Shown in pieces: positions 40,596 to 50,742 of a stretch of DNA of 64,000 bases. The DNA is from Planctomycetota bacterium. Its GTDB lineage: Bacteria > Planctomycetota > UBA8108 > SXIK01. Position numbers and translations under genes: made by a program. Numbering within the stretch: position 1 is the stretch's first letter; each line of letters begins with the position of its first letter. The notes beneath the pieces were generated by a model. That model searched no databases, was not told the DNA's origin, and saw nothing but the letters and a program-made list of their open reading frames with translations. The DNA is taken from positions 5,120,001 to 5,184,000 of the forward strand of contig OZ244999.1 of the NCBI GenBank assembly GCA_965223265.1, written 5' to 3'.

Positions 40596-40706
40596 TAGAA
40601 CTGATCGAACTCGATGGTCGTTTTTGGACGGCGCCCGCGCAGGGTTGCATCTCGAACGACGCAGTCTCGCGGTCGATCATTGACCTCACTCAGGAAACTA
40701 TCCGCA

Positions 40707-41408
40707 ATGGCAGCGAGAATCTACGAGGAAACCTTCGACGACGGGCCCGGCGGCTGGGGCGGCTGGATCAGCAACAGCGCCGGCCCGAAAGCCCTCGAGT
40801 ACCGCGACCGCGCTGTGATCTCACGCAGCCCTTGGTGGGTCGACTACAACCACGCTCCTCCTGGGGGCGGCTACCTCCACATGGTCCTCTGCCTCAACAC
40901 CTATGGAGCCCAGGGCGAGCATCAGCAGGAGACGGCTGGCCGTAACCGCTACATCGATGGCGGCTTTCCGATCGACTTCACCGGCGCACGCATCAATGTA
41001 CACCTGCGCGGCGAGCTCGAGCCCATGGGCGCGCAGCTGGTGCTGCTCATTCAGGGGCACTGCGATGGATTGGTGGTACCGTGGGCGCTCACCGGGCAAC
41101 CGCTGGCGGTCAGCGAGGAGTGGCGCGAGCAGACGATCACGCTCACGCCCGACCCGAGCCAGTGGACGCCGCTCGGGTCACGCTACAATCGCACCGACAT
41201 GTACGGTCACGGCCCTTTGGAGAAAGTGCTCGCGCACGTCAGCAGCAACATCATGTTCATCCTCTTTCCCCTCGACGTCGTCCCCATGGGGCCGCTTGAA
41301 GGCGACCCCCACATTCTACGGCCGGAGAAGGACTATCCTGTCTGGCGCCATCGCCTGCCGGAGGGCTACGTCGCGCTCGACCGCGTGCGGATTGAGTTTT
41401 CGCGTTAG
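40707..41408 (+). CDS. Hypothetical protein (possible beta-sandwich)
   Basis: Coding-like composition, Trp/Gly-rich MAARIYEETFDDGPGGW; no motif recognised. Confidence 0.75.
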   Translation: MAARIYEETFDDGPGGWGGWISNSAGPKALEYRDRAVISRSPWWVDYNHAPPGGGYLHMVLCLNTYGAQGEHQQETAGRNRYIDGGFPIDFTGARINVHLRGELEPMGAQLVLLIQGHCDGLVVPWALTGQPLAVSEEWREQTITLTPDPSQWTPLGSRYNRTDMYGHGPLEKVLAHVSSNIMFILFPLDVVPMGPLEGDPHILRPEKDYPVWRHRLPEGYVALDRVRIEFSR

Positions 41409-41419
41409 CAGCCTGTTAG

Positions 41420-41597
41420 CAGCCTGTTGAAAAAGTGCTTCGAGCCGAAAACTGGTCTCTTCGCGTCCAGATCGGCTGCGGCAAACGGAGGCAATCTTCG
41501 GGCCCTCTTCTTTCGATTCTGATGGCGAGTATTGACGCGGTCGAGCTGGGCGTGAAGAGGCCAGTTTCTTCGGCCGAATGACTTTTTCAACGGGCTG
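41420..41597 (+). mobile_element. MITE-like repeat, copy 3, intact with TTAG target duplication
   Basis: CAGCCTGTTGAAAAAGT...ACTTTTTCAACGGGCTG; TTAG at 41416-41419 and 41598-41601. Confidence 0.88.
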
Positions 41598-41628
41598 TTA
41601 GCTCGAGTGCGGCGGTTCGGCGCGCCAA

Positions 41629-41810
41629 AGTAGCAGGCACATTTCGAGGCTGTGAACTCTTACGCAACTCAAGGTCACATACGGACGGCACGCGGAGCGT
41701 GCCTGCTACTTTGAAGATCGAGATGCGGCAGTCATAGAGTAGCAGGCACACTCCTGTGTGCCGTCCGTGCTTTTCTCACGCGACGGCACGCGGAGCGTGC
41801 CTGCTACTCT
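41629..41810. repeat. REP/BIME-like cluster of four alternating palindromic units
   Basis: ACGGCACGCGGAGCGTGCCTGCTACT twice, alternating with the inverted AGTAGCAGGCACA(CTCCTGTGTGCCGT); GTAG tetranucleotide plus hairpin as in GTAG-family REPs. Confidence 0.85.
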
Positions 41811-41834
41811 TTCCTCCCGATCGCCGTCGTCTGG

Positions 41835-43775
41835 TCAATCCTTCGCGCTGGTCGCTCTCGCTGTCGATTCTGGAGGCGAAGTCGCCGACGACTCGCGAGA
41901 CCGTGTCGAATGCCGCGGCGGTTGCTTCTGATGATGGCGTTCTTGATGACGACGTGCAGCGCGCCGACGATTGCGCATCCTCTGCTTTTCGAGTTCCTTC
42001 TCGAGCAGCGCGCCAATGTCGGGCGGATCGAGCGTCAGGCTCACCCGTAAGCTCGAGTACGTTTCCTCAGTGAACGCTGTGAGCGACGAGTCAGAAACGA
42101 GCTTCGCCACCTGGTTAGGAATTCTCTCGCCCTCGAAACGCAAAAGCGGCTCCACGACTTGGAGGAGACGGCCGCCGTGAATTGCGATGACCTTATTCGC
42201 CGAGCCTGAGAGACCCTGGCGCAAACGAGCCAGAGCGTCGTCCGACCCAAGGCGCCGGGACTCGTCCGCAGCAGCGCCCAGCGCCGCGTCAACGGCGGCA
42301 CGGGTGGTCGCGAGTACGACACGGTCGGGCAGCGCCGCCAGATAGATGCGGATGCCCTCGGGGAACTCATGCACCTCACACGCGTAGCCGTGAATCTCCT
42401 CGCGACGCGGCGGGTGAAAACCTCTTGCTCCAGCCTTTGACGGTAGCGCTAGGAACTCCTCCCATATCTGACGCGACTGCGCACTGTCGTTGACTCTCAG
42501 GATCACCCCGACATCAGGCATCGGCCGCTCTGACTCCTTGGCCGGCGGCAAGACGAACACGAGGGCATCCTCGACGTTCGTGAAGAGCTCACGTCCGACG
42601 TCGAGGCCGGTGAAGTGTCGAGCTGCCAGAGCACCTGCCGCCGCCGGGGCACCGCGCTCAAGGTCGCCACTGATGCCCACGCCTGCGAAGGCGGCGACGC
42701 CCGCGGGAATCGACTCGAGCGCCGCGGCGCTCAGCGCCGGAGTACGCGCCAAGTGGTAGACGAGCGAGCTATTGTCTTCCTCGAATCGAGCCCAGACGTT
42801 CGCGGAAACACCACGATCGTGCGAAGCCAACGTCGCGGCGACCCACCGCATGCTCTCGAGATCGCCGAACGCCTGCATGATCCGGTACTCCTGCGGCACC
42901 CGACCCTGATGGCGTGAGATCTCTTCCTTGAATCGCTGCAGCAAGCGAGGCGCATCAGCGAACGCAAAGACGAGCGCTCTCTCGCGCTTGGACTTCAGCT
43001 CGGCGAATACCGGAGCGGTGTCGAGCGCCAGCGGTCCGGCACTCTCAAGTCGACCGACGGCGTCGACAACCAGTTGATGCGGATGTCCGGCGAGGATCAG
43101 TCGGTCGGTGAGCACAACGGTTCCCACCGGTGTGAGATAAGTCGCGTGACCACTCACCGAGTCGCCGGGGTCAATCTCCCCGCTCGCCGCAGCGCCCGAG
43201 AGAAATGATTCGACAAAACCATGAACGAGGTCGGAGCGACCAGGGTGGATCGCGATCACGCCCTCCGGAACCTCACTGTGAAAGTCGATGTCGGTGATCG
43301 CGATCGCCGCACCGGCGACCTCGCCGATCTCACGCAGAAGCCGTGGGCTGATGGTGAAAGGCGACGTGTCGCTGCTGCCACCTCTGTCGTCCGTGGAAGG
43401 TGACGCTGGGACGTCCTCAGCAGGCTCAACGAACCCCGCTAGTTTGAGAATTCGGCTCAGATGCTGCCCCGGATCACGCAGCTCAGCGTAAAACATCGCG
43501 TCGGGCGGCATCAGGCGCGCGAGGTCCCGAGACCTCAGATCCTCCGAGCACGCCTCGAGCCGGGCGCGAGCGCGAGCGACCAAATCAGCCGGGGCTGACG
43601 GCGACTCCATGACTTGGCGATAGAGCTTGATCGCCGCCTCCAGCTGCCCTTCCTCGACCTCGAGATAGTACGCCTTGTGAAAGGAGTCAGCGATCTCATC
43701 GGCTTTGGCGTAACCGCCGCTCAGGAGTATGGCGACGAGAGCATATCCGACAAGACTGTAGGCGTGGCTGTACAT
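41835..43775 (-). CDS. Secreted hypothetical protein with TPR-like N-terminus (possibly DUF3352-like)
   Basis: GGAGG RBS, signal peptide, AYYLE...AAIKLYRQV, LARLMPPDAMFYAEL. Confidence 0.75.
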   Translation of the reverse strand: MYSHAYSLVGYALVAILLSGGYAKADEIADSFHKAYYLEVEEGQLEAAIKLYRQVMESPSAPADLVARARARLEACSEDLRSRDLARLMPPDAMFYAELRDPGQHLSRILKLAGFVEPAEDVPASPSTDDRGGSSDTSPFTISPRLLREIGEVAGAAIAITDIDFHSEVPEGVIAIHPGRSDLVHGFVESFLSGAAASGEIDPGDSVSGHATYLTPVGTVVLTDRLILAGHPHQLVVDAVGRLESAGPLALDTAPVFAELKSKRERALVFAFADAPRLLQRFKEEISRHQGRVPQEYRIMQAFGDLESMRWVAATLASHDRGVSANVWARFEEDNSSLVYHLARTPALSAAALESIPAGVAAFAGVGISGDLERGAPAAAGALAARHFTGLDVGRELFTNVEDALVFVLPPAKESERPMPDVGVILRVNDSAQSRQIWEEFLALPSKAGARGFHPPRREEIHGYACEVHEFPEGIRIYLAALPDRVVLATTRAAVDAALGAAADESRRLGSDDALARLRQGLSGSANKVIAIHGGRLLQVVEPLLRFEGERIPNQVAKLVSDSSLTAFTEETYSSLRVSLTLDPPDIGALLEKELEKQRMRNRRRAARRHQERHHQKQPPRHSTRSRESSATSPPESTARATSAKD

Positions 43776-43984
43776 AGCGACCCCCTCCGGTGTCAGTGGT
43801 TGGCGTGAGCAACGTCCGCGCCCTTCGAGACGCGGCCCTGCGTCGGAGTCGCGATTGGCGACAGCGTCTTTCGCGGATTTCGTCTTTTTCGTTGGTGGCG
43901 GCGTTCGACGCAGGTGCGGCAGGCTTCCGGCCGCGTGGCGTGGAGCTGAGGCGTTTGGGTGCGCAGGGTGGCAGGCAGGCATGC

Positions 43985-44130
43985 CGTTTGCGTTTGCGTT
44001 TGCGTTTGCGTTTGCGTTTGCGTGGGCGTTTGCGTGGGCGTGGGCGTGGGCGTGGGCGTGGGCGTGGGTACGCGTCTACGAGTCTGTCTCTGTCGCTTCT
44101 GCCTCTGCCTCCGCCTCTGCTTCTGTCCCT
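43985..44130 (-). repeat. Bipartite hexamer array A
   Basis: (GCGTTT)n(GCGTGG)n then TCTGTC/GCCTCT units; reverse complement of the GAGRCR block + C-rich block layout. Confidence 0.9.
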
Positions 44131-44277
44131 CCAGCGAGAAACGGCCAAACTCGAGCTTCGACCGAGCGCCGCGCGTTGTACGATATCGCCTCAACAACAT
44201 GGAAGCGCTCTGCGCGGCCAAGTTCTTTCAATGCGTCGAGTCCTCCCGGATGGGTGCAAGTGATTGGAGGTCAATCA

Positions 44278-45225
44278 GTGCTGACGCGAGAAACGATGAC
44301 GGGACCATGGGCTGGCCTGCCCGTTGCTTGGACGGACGACGACCGTTTCGACGACAAGGCGTACCGCGCCGACGTTGCACGCTGCTGTGAAGCCGGCGTT
44401 CCCGGCGTCTACACCGGCGGTACGACCGGCGAGTTTTACGCCATGGAGTTCGAGGAGTTTCAGGCCGTCGCTCGCGCCGCGGTGGAAGAATGTCGCACGC
44501 ACGGCACACCCGCTATGATCGGTGTCAGCTCCACCTACACGCTTGGCGCGGTCAAACGTGCGGTCTACGCCCGAGAGATCGGGGCTGACGCGGTGCAGGT
44601 GGCACTGCCGTTTTGGATGGAGGTCCGCGACGACGACATCCTGCCGTTCTTCAAGAGCGTCGGCGACGCTGCTGGCGATCTCGCCGTATCGATCTACGAG
44701 ACCACCCGTGCCAAGAAGGTGCTGACGCTCGACCAACACCGCGCCATCAAGGATGCGGTGCCGCGCTACATCATGGTGAAGTCGAACGTCGACACGCTCG
44801 GCGTGACGCCCGAGGGATGCGCAGCGCTCTCGGAGTTCACCAACGTCTTCGTCGGCGAAGACCTTTGGGCGAAGCTCCGCCCGCACGGCGCACGAGGCGG
44901 CTGCAGCTCGGCAATCTACTGGAACCCGTATGTGTTTCTCGACTACTGGTCGGCGATCGAAGGCGGGGACTCCACCCGCGTGGCGGAGCTGGCGCCGCGC
45001 GTGAGTCAGCTCTTCGCATCCCTCGATGCCTTCGACGGGAAGGGTTTTACGGACACCGCGTACGACCGACTCGGCGGCCTCGCGAGCGGCTTTCTCCAGA
45101 CCAGCCAGCGCAGCCGCGGTCCTTACCCGTCGATCACGGCGGACGACATCGAAACCATGCGTGAGCTCTATCGCCGGCACTTCCCGGCGATGCTCGACCT
45201 GACGCCACCGCGCACCGAAGGATAG
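44278..45225 (+). CDS. DapA/NanA-family aldolase
   Basis: GGTTGEFY, GADAVQVALPFW, SIYE, MVKS Schiff-base lysine; GTG start at 44278. Confidence 0.88.
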   Translation: MLTRETMTGPWAGLPVAWTDDDRFDDKAYRADVARCCEAGVPGVYTGGTTGEFYAMEFEEFQAVARAAVEECRTHGTPAMIGVSSTYTLGAVKRAVYAREIGADAVQVALPFWMEVRDDDILPFFKSVGDAAGDLAVSIYETTRAKKVLTLDQHRAIKDAVPRYIMVKSNVDTLGVTPEGCAALSEFTNVFVGEDLWAKLRPHGARGGCSSAIYWNPYVFLDYWSAIEGGDSTRVAELAPRVSQLFASLDAFDGKGFTDTAYDRLGGLASGFLQTSQRSRGPYPSITADDIETMRELYRRHFPAMLDLTPPRTEG

Positions 45226-45231
45226 AACACG

Positions 45232-46455
45232 ATGCTTTCTGTGCCCCTCTCGCTCACCGGAGCGCTGCTCGTGCTCGCTGCTGAAGTACCACCGACGCCA
45301 GCACCGCAGCGCGACCTCAAGCCCCTCCTCGAAATCACATGGAGCCGCGGCCCGAACTATCCGCAAGGGCTTCAGGACAGCGACGGCGGCATCCTCGGCT
45401 CGACGCTGGTGAGCGTCGGCGGGTTTTGCAGCGGTCGCGCCGAGGACCTTCGCATCAAACCAGGGATCTACCCACGCGGTTTTCTTCGCAAAGGTTGGAG
45501 CCTCGACGTCGACGCTCAGGACGCACGGTGGCGTTCGATCCCTGATTTTCCGGGCGCGGCTCGTCAGGCACTCTTCTCAGCGGTCGTCGATGACGTCCTC
45601 TACCTTTGGGGAGGTTTCAGCTACTCCCCGCCGTACACCTACGCCGACGGCTGGCGGCTACGTCGCGAGGGCGGCGCCTGGGTGTGGGAACCTCTGCCGC
45701 CGCTGCCGTGGGCCGTGGCGAGTGCCGGGCTTTGCGTCATCGACACAACGATCTATGCGTTCGGTGGCGCCGACTACGACGCCAAAGCCTTCTATACGGA
45801 AACGAATCGCGACGGGACACGGAAGAGGATCGGCGCGCGCCTCTTAGCCATCGACACGAAGGACCTCGCCGGTGGCTGGCGCGAGCTCCCGAGCTGCCCG
45901 GGCACGCCGCGTTGGGTGCACGCCGTGCAGGCCGCCCGCGGCGCGATCTACATCATCGGCGGTGCCACAGGCAACGTCGTACGTGACGGCACGAGCTACG
46001 GGTACTGCACCGTCGTCGACAATTGGCGTTACGACCCGCGGGCGCAGAAGTGGGGCCGTCTTCGCGATCTGGGCGTTTCAAGTGGCAACTTCCCGAAGAG
46101 CAGCAATCTGATCTTCAACGGACGTTACATTGTCTTTCCGGGCGGACACCAGTACGCATACGTCGCCGCGCCCGATGGGACGATTCGGCCGAAGTACGGC
46201 ACAGCTTCGTCAGCTCGCAAGGAAAGCGGCCTCCACAACGACGTGTTCGTCTACGACATCGAAAAGGACATCTTCGGTACTGCAACGAAGCTCCCCATCG
46301 ACAACAACCTGCCTATGTCGGTCGTACGCGGTGAGTGGATTTATCTGATCGGTGGCGAAACCGGCGGCGGGATCGTCGACGGAGAGTACTACGGGCACCA
46401 TCCGGAACTCTTTCTGAAGGGGCACATCAAAACAGTCGCTGCCGCGCGCGACTGA
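45232..46455 (+). CDS. Secreted Kelch-repeat beta-propeller (NanM-like)
   Basis: Repeated LYLWGG/IYAFGG/IYIIGG/IYLIGG...W motifs; signal peptide. Confidence 0.85.
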   Translation: MLSVPLSLTGALLVLAAEVPPTPAPQRDLKPLLEITWSRGPNYPQGLQDSDGGILGSTLVSVGGFCSGRAEDLRIKPGIYPRGFLRKGWSLDVDAQDARWRSIPDFPGAARQALFSAVVDDVLYLWGGFSYSPPYTYADGWRLRREGGAWVWEPLPPLPWAVASAGLCVIDTTIYAFGGADYDAKAFYTETNRDGTRKRIGARLLAIDTKDLAGGWRELPSCPGTPRWVHAVQAARGAIYIIGGATGNVVRDGTSYGYCTVVDNWRYDPRAQKWGRLRDLGVSSGNFPKSSNLIFNGRYIVFPGGHQYAYVAAPDGTIRPKYGTASSARKESGLHNDVFVYDIEKDIFGTATKLPIDNNLPMSVVRGEWIYLIGGETGGGIVDGEYYGHHPELFLKGHIKTVAAARD

Positions 46456-46506
46456 ATCTGGACTCTCACAGGTCGATCGTCTCTCGCTGCGCATGCACCA
46501 GATCGC

Positions 46507-46548
46507 CGCAACTGAACGTCGCAACTGAACATCGCAACTGAACGTCGC
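46507..46548. repeat. 13-bp tandem repeat (CGCAACTGAACRT)x3
   Basis: Read directly; between convergent genes. Confidence 0.88.
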
Positions 46549-46572
46549 GTGATGGCGGAGCTGCCATCATCG

Positions 46573-47958
46573 TCACGGCTTGTTCTTTCGCCTCGACTGC
46601 CGTCGCTTCTCCGCCTCGCGTACGGATTCCTCGAAGAAAGACACATCCTTGATGCGAGCTGGCTTTGGACTCGTTGCGGTCAGAGGCTGTTTGTCGCCCC
46701 ACACCTCTTGCTCGGCGACTAAGAGCCGCATCATCGTCTCGACGCGATCGACGTGACGTGGTTCGCTTGTGAGGTTGTTGAGTTCGTGAGGATCCTCGGC
46801 AAGGTGAAAGAGCAGCGAATGATTCACCAGCGGAAACCGATAGAGTTTCCACTCGCCACGCCGCACAGCACGCTGCCCTGACTCGTAGGCCAAAAAGATG
46901 GTGTCGCGGTGAGCGTTCTTCGCGCCGCGAATCACCGCGGCAACACTTCGACCGTCGAGCCCAGGAGGCGTGCGAACGCCCGCAAGCTCGCACGCGCTTG
47001 GAAAGATATCAAACAGATACATGAGGGCATCCGATTGCCCCGACCTGATCCCGGGTCCGGCGAAAATCATAGGCGCACCCATCGAATGTTCGTAGAGGTT
47101 CTGCTTGCCGAAGAGCCCATGGCTGCCCACGGCAAGTCCATGATCGGCACTGAAAATGACGATCGTGCGGTCGAGCTCGCCAAGCTCTTTGAACGTTTTG
47201 AGAAGGCGTCCGACGTGATGATCGATCGAAGAGATACAGGCGTAGTAGTCGTGCAGGTGCTCGCGGACGACGGCCTCGGTGCGAGGCCACGGCGCCAAAC
47301 GTTCATCGCGCCCAACCATCCAGTCATTGTCGATGGGATGAAAAGGCAAGTAGTTCGGCGGCAGCGGAATCTTACTGCGATCGTAAAGCTGCATCCACTC
47401 CGGCGCAGCGACGCGGGGGTCGTGAGGCCCGGCGAAACCGACGTACATGAAGAGAGGCTTCTCGCGGTCCCATTTTCGGTGCAGAAACTCGATCGCATGA
47501 TCGGCAGCTGTACGACCATGATGCCCAGAAACTCGTTCGTCACGGTCGCTCAGGTAACTAATGAATTCGAATGCCGTGTGATACTCGCGCGCCGTGTTGC
47601 CTCGTTTCGACTCGTGGTACGTCACATAGCCGGCCTTTCGGAAGACGTCCCCCCAGGTATTCTCCCTACGCTTCGGGTCGTAGCGGTAGAGGGACATGCC
47701 ACTCAGCGTCATGTGTCGCGACGGATTGCACACAGCACCCATCGTCGACCCCATGCAGTAGGCGTTCGTAAAGACGAAACCCCGGCCCACCAAGCGATCA
47801 AGGTTCGGCGTGCGCACCACGGGGTTGCCAAGCGCGGCGATCGAATCAGGCCGTTGATCATCAGCGAAGAGAAAGAGAACGTTGGGACGGTCAGCTGCAA
47901 AGACGACCTGTCCACAGAGACAACCGCCAAAAACTACGGCTAGCAGGAGACGCTGCAT
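46573..47958 (-). CDS. Formylglycine-dependent sulfatase
   Basis: RPNVLFLFADD, TPNLD, CNPSR (CxPxR), PHDP, FSADHG, GKQNLYE. Confidence 0.95.
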   Translation of the reverse strand: MQRLLLAVVFGGCLCGQVVFAADRPNVLFLFADDQRPDSIAALGNPVVRTPNLDRLVGRGFVFTNAYCMGSTMGAVCNPSRHMTLSGMSLYRYDPKRRENTWGDVFRKAGYVTYHESKRGNTAREYHTAFEFISYLSDRDERVSGHHGRTAADHAIEFLHRKWDREKPLFMYVGFAGPHDPRVAAPEWMQLYDRSKIPLPPNYLPFHPIDNDWMVGRDERLAPWPRTEAVVREHLHDYYACISSIDHHVGRLLKTFKELGELDRTIVIFSADHGLAVGSHGLFGKQNLYEHSMGAPMIFAGPGIRSGQSDALMYLFDIFPSACELAGVRTPPGLDGRSVAAVIRGAKNAHRDTIFLAYESGQRAVRRGEWKLYRFPLVNHSLLFHLAEDPHELNNLTSEPRHVDRVETMMRLLVAEQEVWGDKQPLTATSPKPARIKDVSFFEESVREAEKRRQSRRKNKP

Positions 47959-48029
47959 CGAGAATCCCTTTCAACTGACGCGAAACAGATGCAATGGTTC
48001 GACGGACACGATCGACAGTCTAAGCCGCG

Positions 48030-49352
48030 TCAAGACGCGACCTCCATGTCCATTCCCAACCCGGGCCGATCCGATGGGCGCATGTAGATTCCCTCCGGAC
48101 CACGGGTGATGCTGTTCTCTTCCTCGAAGATATCGTAGACCTCTTTCGGCCCACCCGGCGGCGGCATGAACGACTCGCACCACGGGCTGTTGGTCGTCGC
48201 CAGAATGTAGTGCTGACCTCCGTCGCGCCAGCCGCCGTGCAGAATCACGGGCAGATCGTGCGCCGCGGCCAAGGCACCGATGCGCCGCAGCTCGGTGAGT
48301 CCACCACACCAATTCATGTCGGGTTGCCAGATGTCGGCGGCTCTGTAATCGAGCAGCAGACGAAAGCCGTAGCGCGTGTACTCGTGCTCGCCCGTCGCCA
48401 TGCGTGTCGACTGAATCGCTGCGTTCAATCGCCCGAAGCCGGCGTAGTCGTCCGGGGGGAGGCACTCTTCCATCCAGTAGACTCGATAAGGCGCCACCAT
48501 CGCAGCGAACTCGAGTGTGTAGCGCTCAGTGAACGCCATCCAACAGTCGAGCATGATCTCGCCATCGCCCCCGAGCAGCTCTCGCGCTCGCTTGACGAGT
48601 TCGACGTTCTTGCGCATGCCCTCCCGTCCGTCAGCTGGCCCGTAGGGAATCGCGAGCTTGATTTTTTTGTAGCCGAACGCGACGTGCTGCTCGGTGTCGT
48701 TGCCGGTGCAGTAAGCCGGAATCCGCGGTTTCGTCTCACCGCCGAGCAGCTTGTAGACCGGCATGCCAAGTGCCTTGCCGATCAGATCCCAAAGGGCGTT
48801 ATCAACGCCGCTGATGCCATGGACGACCACGCCCTTGCGGCCGTAGTAGAGCGTCGAGCGCCACATGATGTCCCACAGCCGCTCGACGTTGAACGGATCC
48901 TCACCGACGAGGAGTTTCTCGAGGTGGCGAGAAACCACATACTCTGTCCCCGACCCGCCAACGCCGATGCCAGTGACCCCCTTGTCGGTGGTGATCTCAA
49001 CGGCGCTCTTGCCGAGGTTCCCAGACATAAAGAGACTGCGCCTTGCCTTGTACTTTGGATAGATCGACATTGGATTGGCGACTTCAACGCCGCCGGTAGA
49101 CCAAGATCCGGGAGTCGGCTGGTAGCTCGGTCTCGGTCGACGGGGTCGCAGATTGACGGCCCGTACGCCCGTAATCTTGAGCCCGCTCTTCTCGCTGCCA
49201 AAGCCGAGTGGAGTCGGGTCCTCCCGTGGGTTCAACGCGTCCTCCTTCTGCTCGGCCCGGAGATCACACCTTCCACCTGTGAATGAGCCAAAGGCACCGA
49301 ACGCTCCAGCCGTTGTGAGCAGAGCGTCCCGGATAAAATCTCGCCGGTTCAT
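48030..49352 (-). CDS. Enolase-superfamily acid-sugar dehydratase (L-rhamnonate dehydratase-like) with Tat-like leader
   Basis: MNRRDFI, VANPMSIYPKY, STLYYGRKG, MLDCWM, WMEECL, TGEHEYTRYGF, QPDMNWCGG. Confidence 0.9.
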   Translation of the reverse strand: MNRRDFIRDALLTTAGAFGAFGSFTGGRCDLRAEQKEDALNPREDPTPLGFGSEKSGLKITGVRAVNLRPRRPRPSYQPTPGSWSTGGVEVANPMSIYPKYKARRSLFMSGNLGKSAVEITTDKGVTGIGVGGSGTEYVVSRHLEKLLVGEDPFNVERLWDIMWRSTLYYGRKGVVVHGISGVDNALWDLIGKALGMPVYKLLGGETKPRIPAYCTGNDTEQHVAFGYKKIKLAIPYGPADGREGMRKNVELVKRARELLGGDGEIMLDCWMAFTERYTLEFAAMVAPYRVYWMEECLPPDDYAGFGRLNAAIQSTRMATGEHEYTRYGFRLLLDYRAADIWQPDMNWCGGLTELRRIGALAAAHDLPVILHGGWRDGGQHYILATTNSPWCESFMPPPGGPKEVYDIFEEENSITRGPEGIYMRPSDRPGLGMDMEVAS

Positions 49353-49454
49353 GATCAACCTTCCTGTGCAACTTTCTCCGAGTCGTTGAGTTCTTGAAGC
49401 ACTCTCGAAAGTAGCGACCGATCGGGGCGGATACAAGCGTGGAGGAAGTCGCGC

Positions 49455-49740
49455 GAGGACGGAGACAGGTGACAGAGACCGAGGCAGAGACGGAGACGGA
49501 GACGGAGACAGATGACAGAGACCGAGGCAGAGACAGATGACAGTAGCAGATACAGATACGGAGACAGAAGCAGAACACTCGTACTCCCGCGCACACGCAC
49601 TCGCTGAGCCAGACGTCACGCCACGCGCACCTACTACGTTGGGGGGTACGCCCTCGCCCTCGCCCTCGCCCTCGCCCTCGCCCTCGCCCTCGCCCTCGCC
49701 CTCGCCCTCGCAATCGCAATCGCAATCGCAATCGCAATCC
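49455..49740 (+). repeat. Bipartite hexamer array B
   Basis: GAGACG/GAGACA/GAGGCA block, then CACTCG, (CCCTCG)x~10 and (CAATCG)x~5. Confidence 0.9.
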
Positions 49741-49839
49741 CGCCTAACGCTTCTCTTGAGCAACAACGGGGACGGACACAGATCCGTCTCCCTCTCTCCC
49801 TTGTCCTGATCCGATGGGTCGCGGTAATCTGTCCTCGAC

Positions 49840-50670
49840 ATGATCATCGACGCTCATCTTCACGTCTGGCGTTCCGATCCGCGTTTCCCAGATCCAGGAG
49901 TGACCATCGTCAGTCCCCTCTGCGATGTGCCCATCGAGGTTCTCCGCAGCTACATGGATGAGCACGGTGTCGCGCGTGCGGTTCTCGTGCAGCCCGTCTA
50001 TCCTGGTGAGGACAACAGCTACGTAGCCGACTGCGCGGCGGCAGCTCCAGAGACGTTCGCCGCGGTGTGCGTCGTCGACCCGCGACGAAGTGAGGCGGCA
50101 GAGCGCCTCGAGTACTGGAATCGTGAGCGCGGTTGCCGCGGCCTACGACTCAGGCCACGCGTGCCAGCGGAAGGGGCGGACTTCGGCGCCGCATCGACTT
50201 ATACGCTTTGGGAACGAGCGGAATCACTGGGTGTCGTGATCAATTTACTCGCGAGCCCGGAGCATCTCGTAGCGATCGCAGATCTCGCCAATCGCTTCGC
50301 CGGCGCCAAAATCATCATCGATCACATGGCCCACCCGGACGTCGGCAGCGGCGTCGATGGAGAAGCATTCCGCCGACTCCTCGCGCTCAGTCGGCAGCCG
50401 AACGTCTTCGTCAAACCGACCGGCTACTATTACTCGTCACGCGAGGACTACCCTTACCGCGACTGTTGGGACCTGGTCCGCGCCCTCTACGACGCGTTCG
50501 GGGCGGAGCGACTGCTGTGGGGAAGCGACTTTCCCCACGTGCTCCTCAAGTCGGGGTACAGAAGGTGTCTGCGTCTCCAGGAGAGGTTTTACACCTTTCT
50601 GCGGCCGCACGAACTCGACGCAATCATGGGCGGCACGGCGGCGTCGCTCTACTGGCAGGCGAATGACTGA
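49840..50670 (+). CDS. Amidohydrolase_2, sugar-lactonase-like
   Basis: IIDAHLHVW, AVLVQ, IIDHMA, LWGSDFP. Confidence 0.88.
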   Translation: MIIDAHLHVWRSDPRFPDPGVTIVSPLCDVPIEVLRSYMDEHGVARAVLVQPVYPGEDNSYVADCAAAAPETFAAVCVVDPRRSEAAERLEYWNRERGCRGLRLRPRVPAEGADFGAASTYTLWERAESLGVVINLLASPEHLVAIADLANRFAGAKIIIDHMAHPDVGSGVDGEAFRRLLALSRQPNVFVKPTGYYYSSREDYPYRDCWDLVRALYDAFGAERLLWGSDFPHVLLKSGYRRCLRLQERFYTFLRPHELDAIMGGTAASLYWQAND

Positions 50671-50742
50671 ACGTGGGCATGCGCGACGCGGCGCTGCAAG
50701 TCGAGCGCTGATCGCTTGGACGCCTGGCCACTCCGATGCCGC

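Noticed and set aside
41629-41810. CRISPR array
   Set aside because: Units alternate in orientation with irregular spacing and there are no cas genes; this is REP-like.
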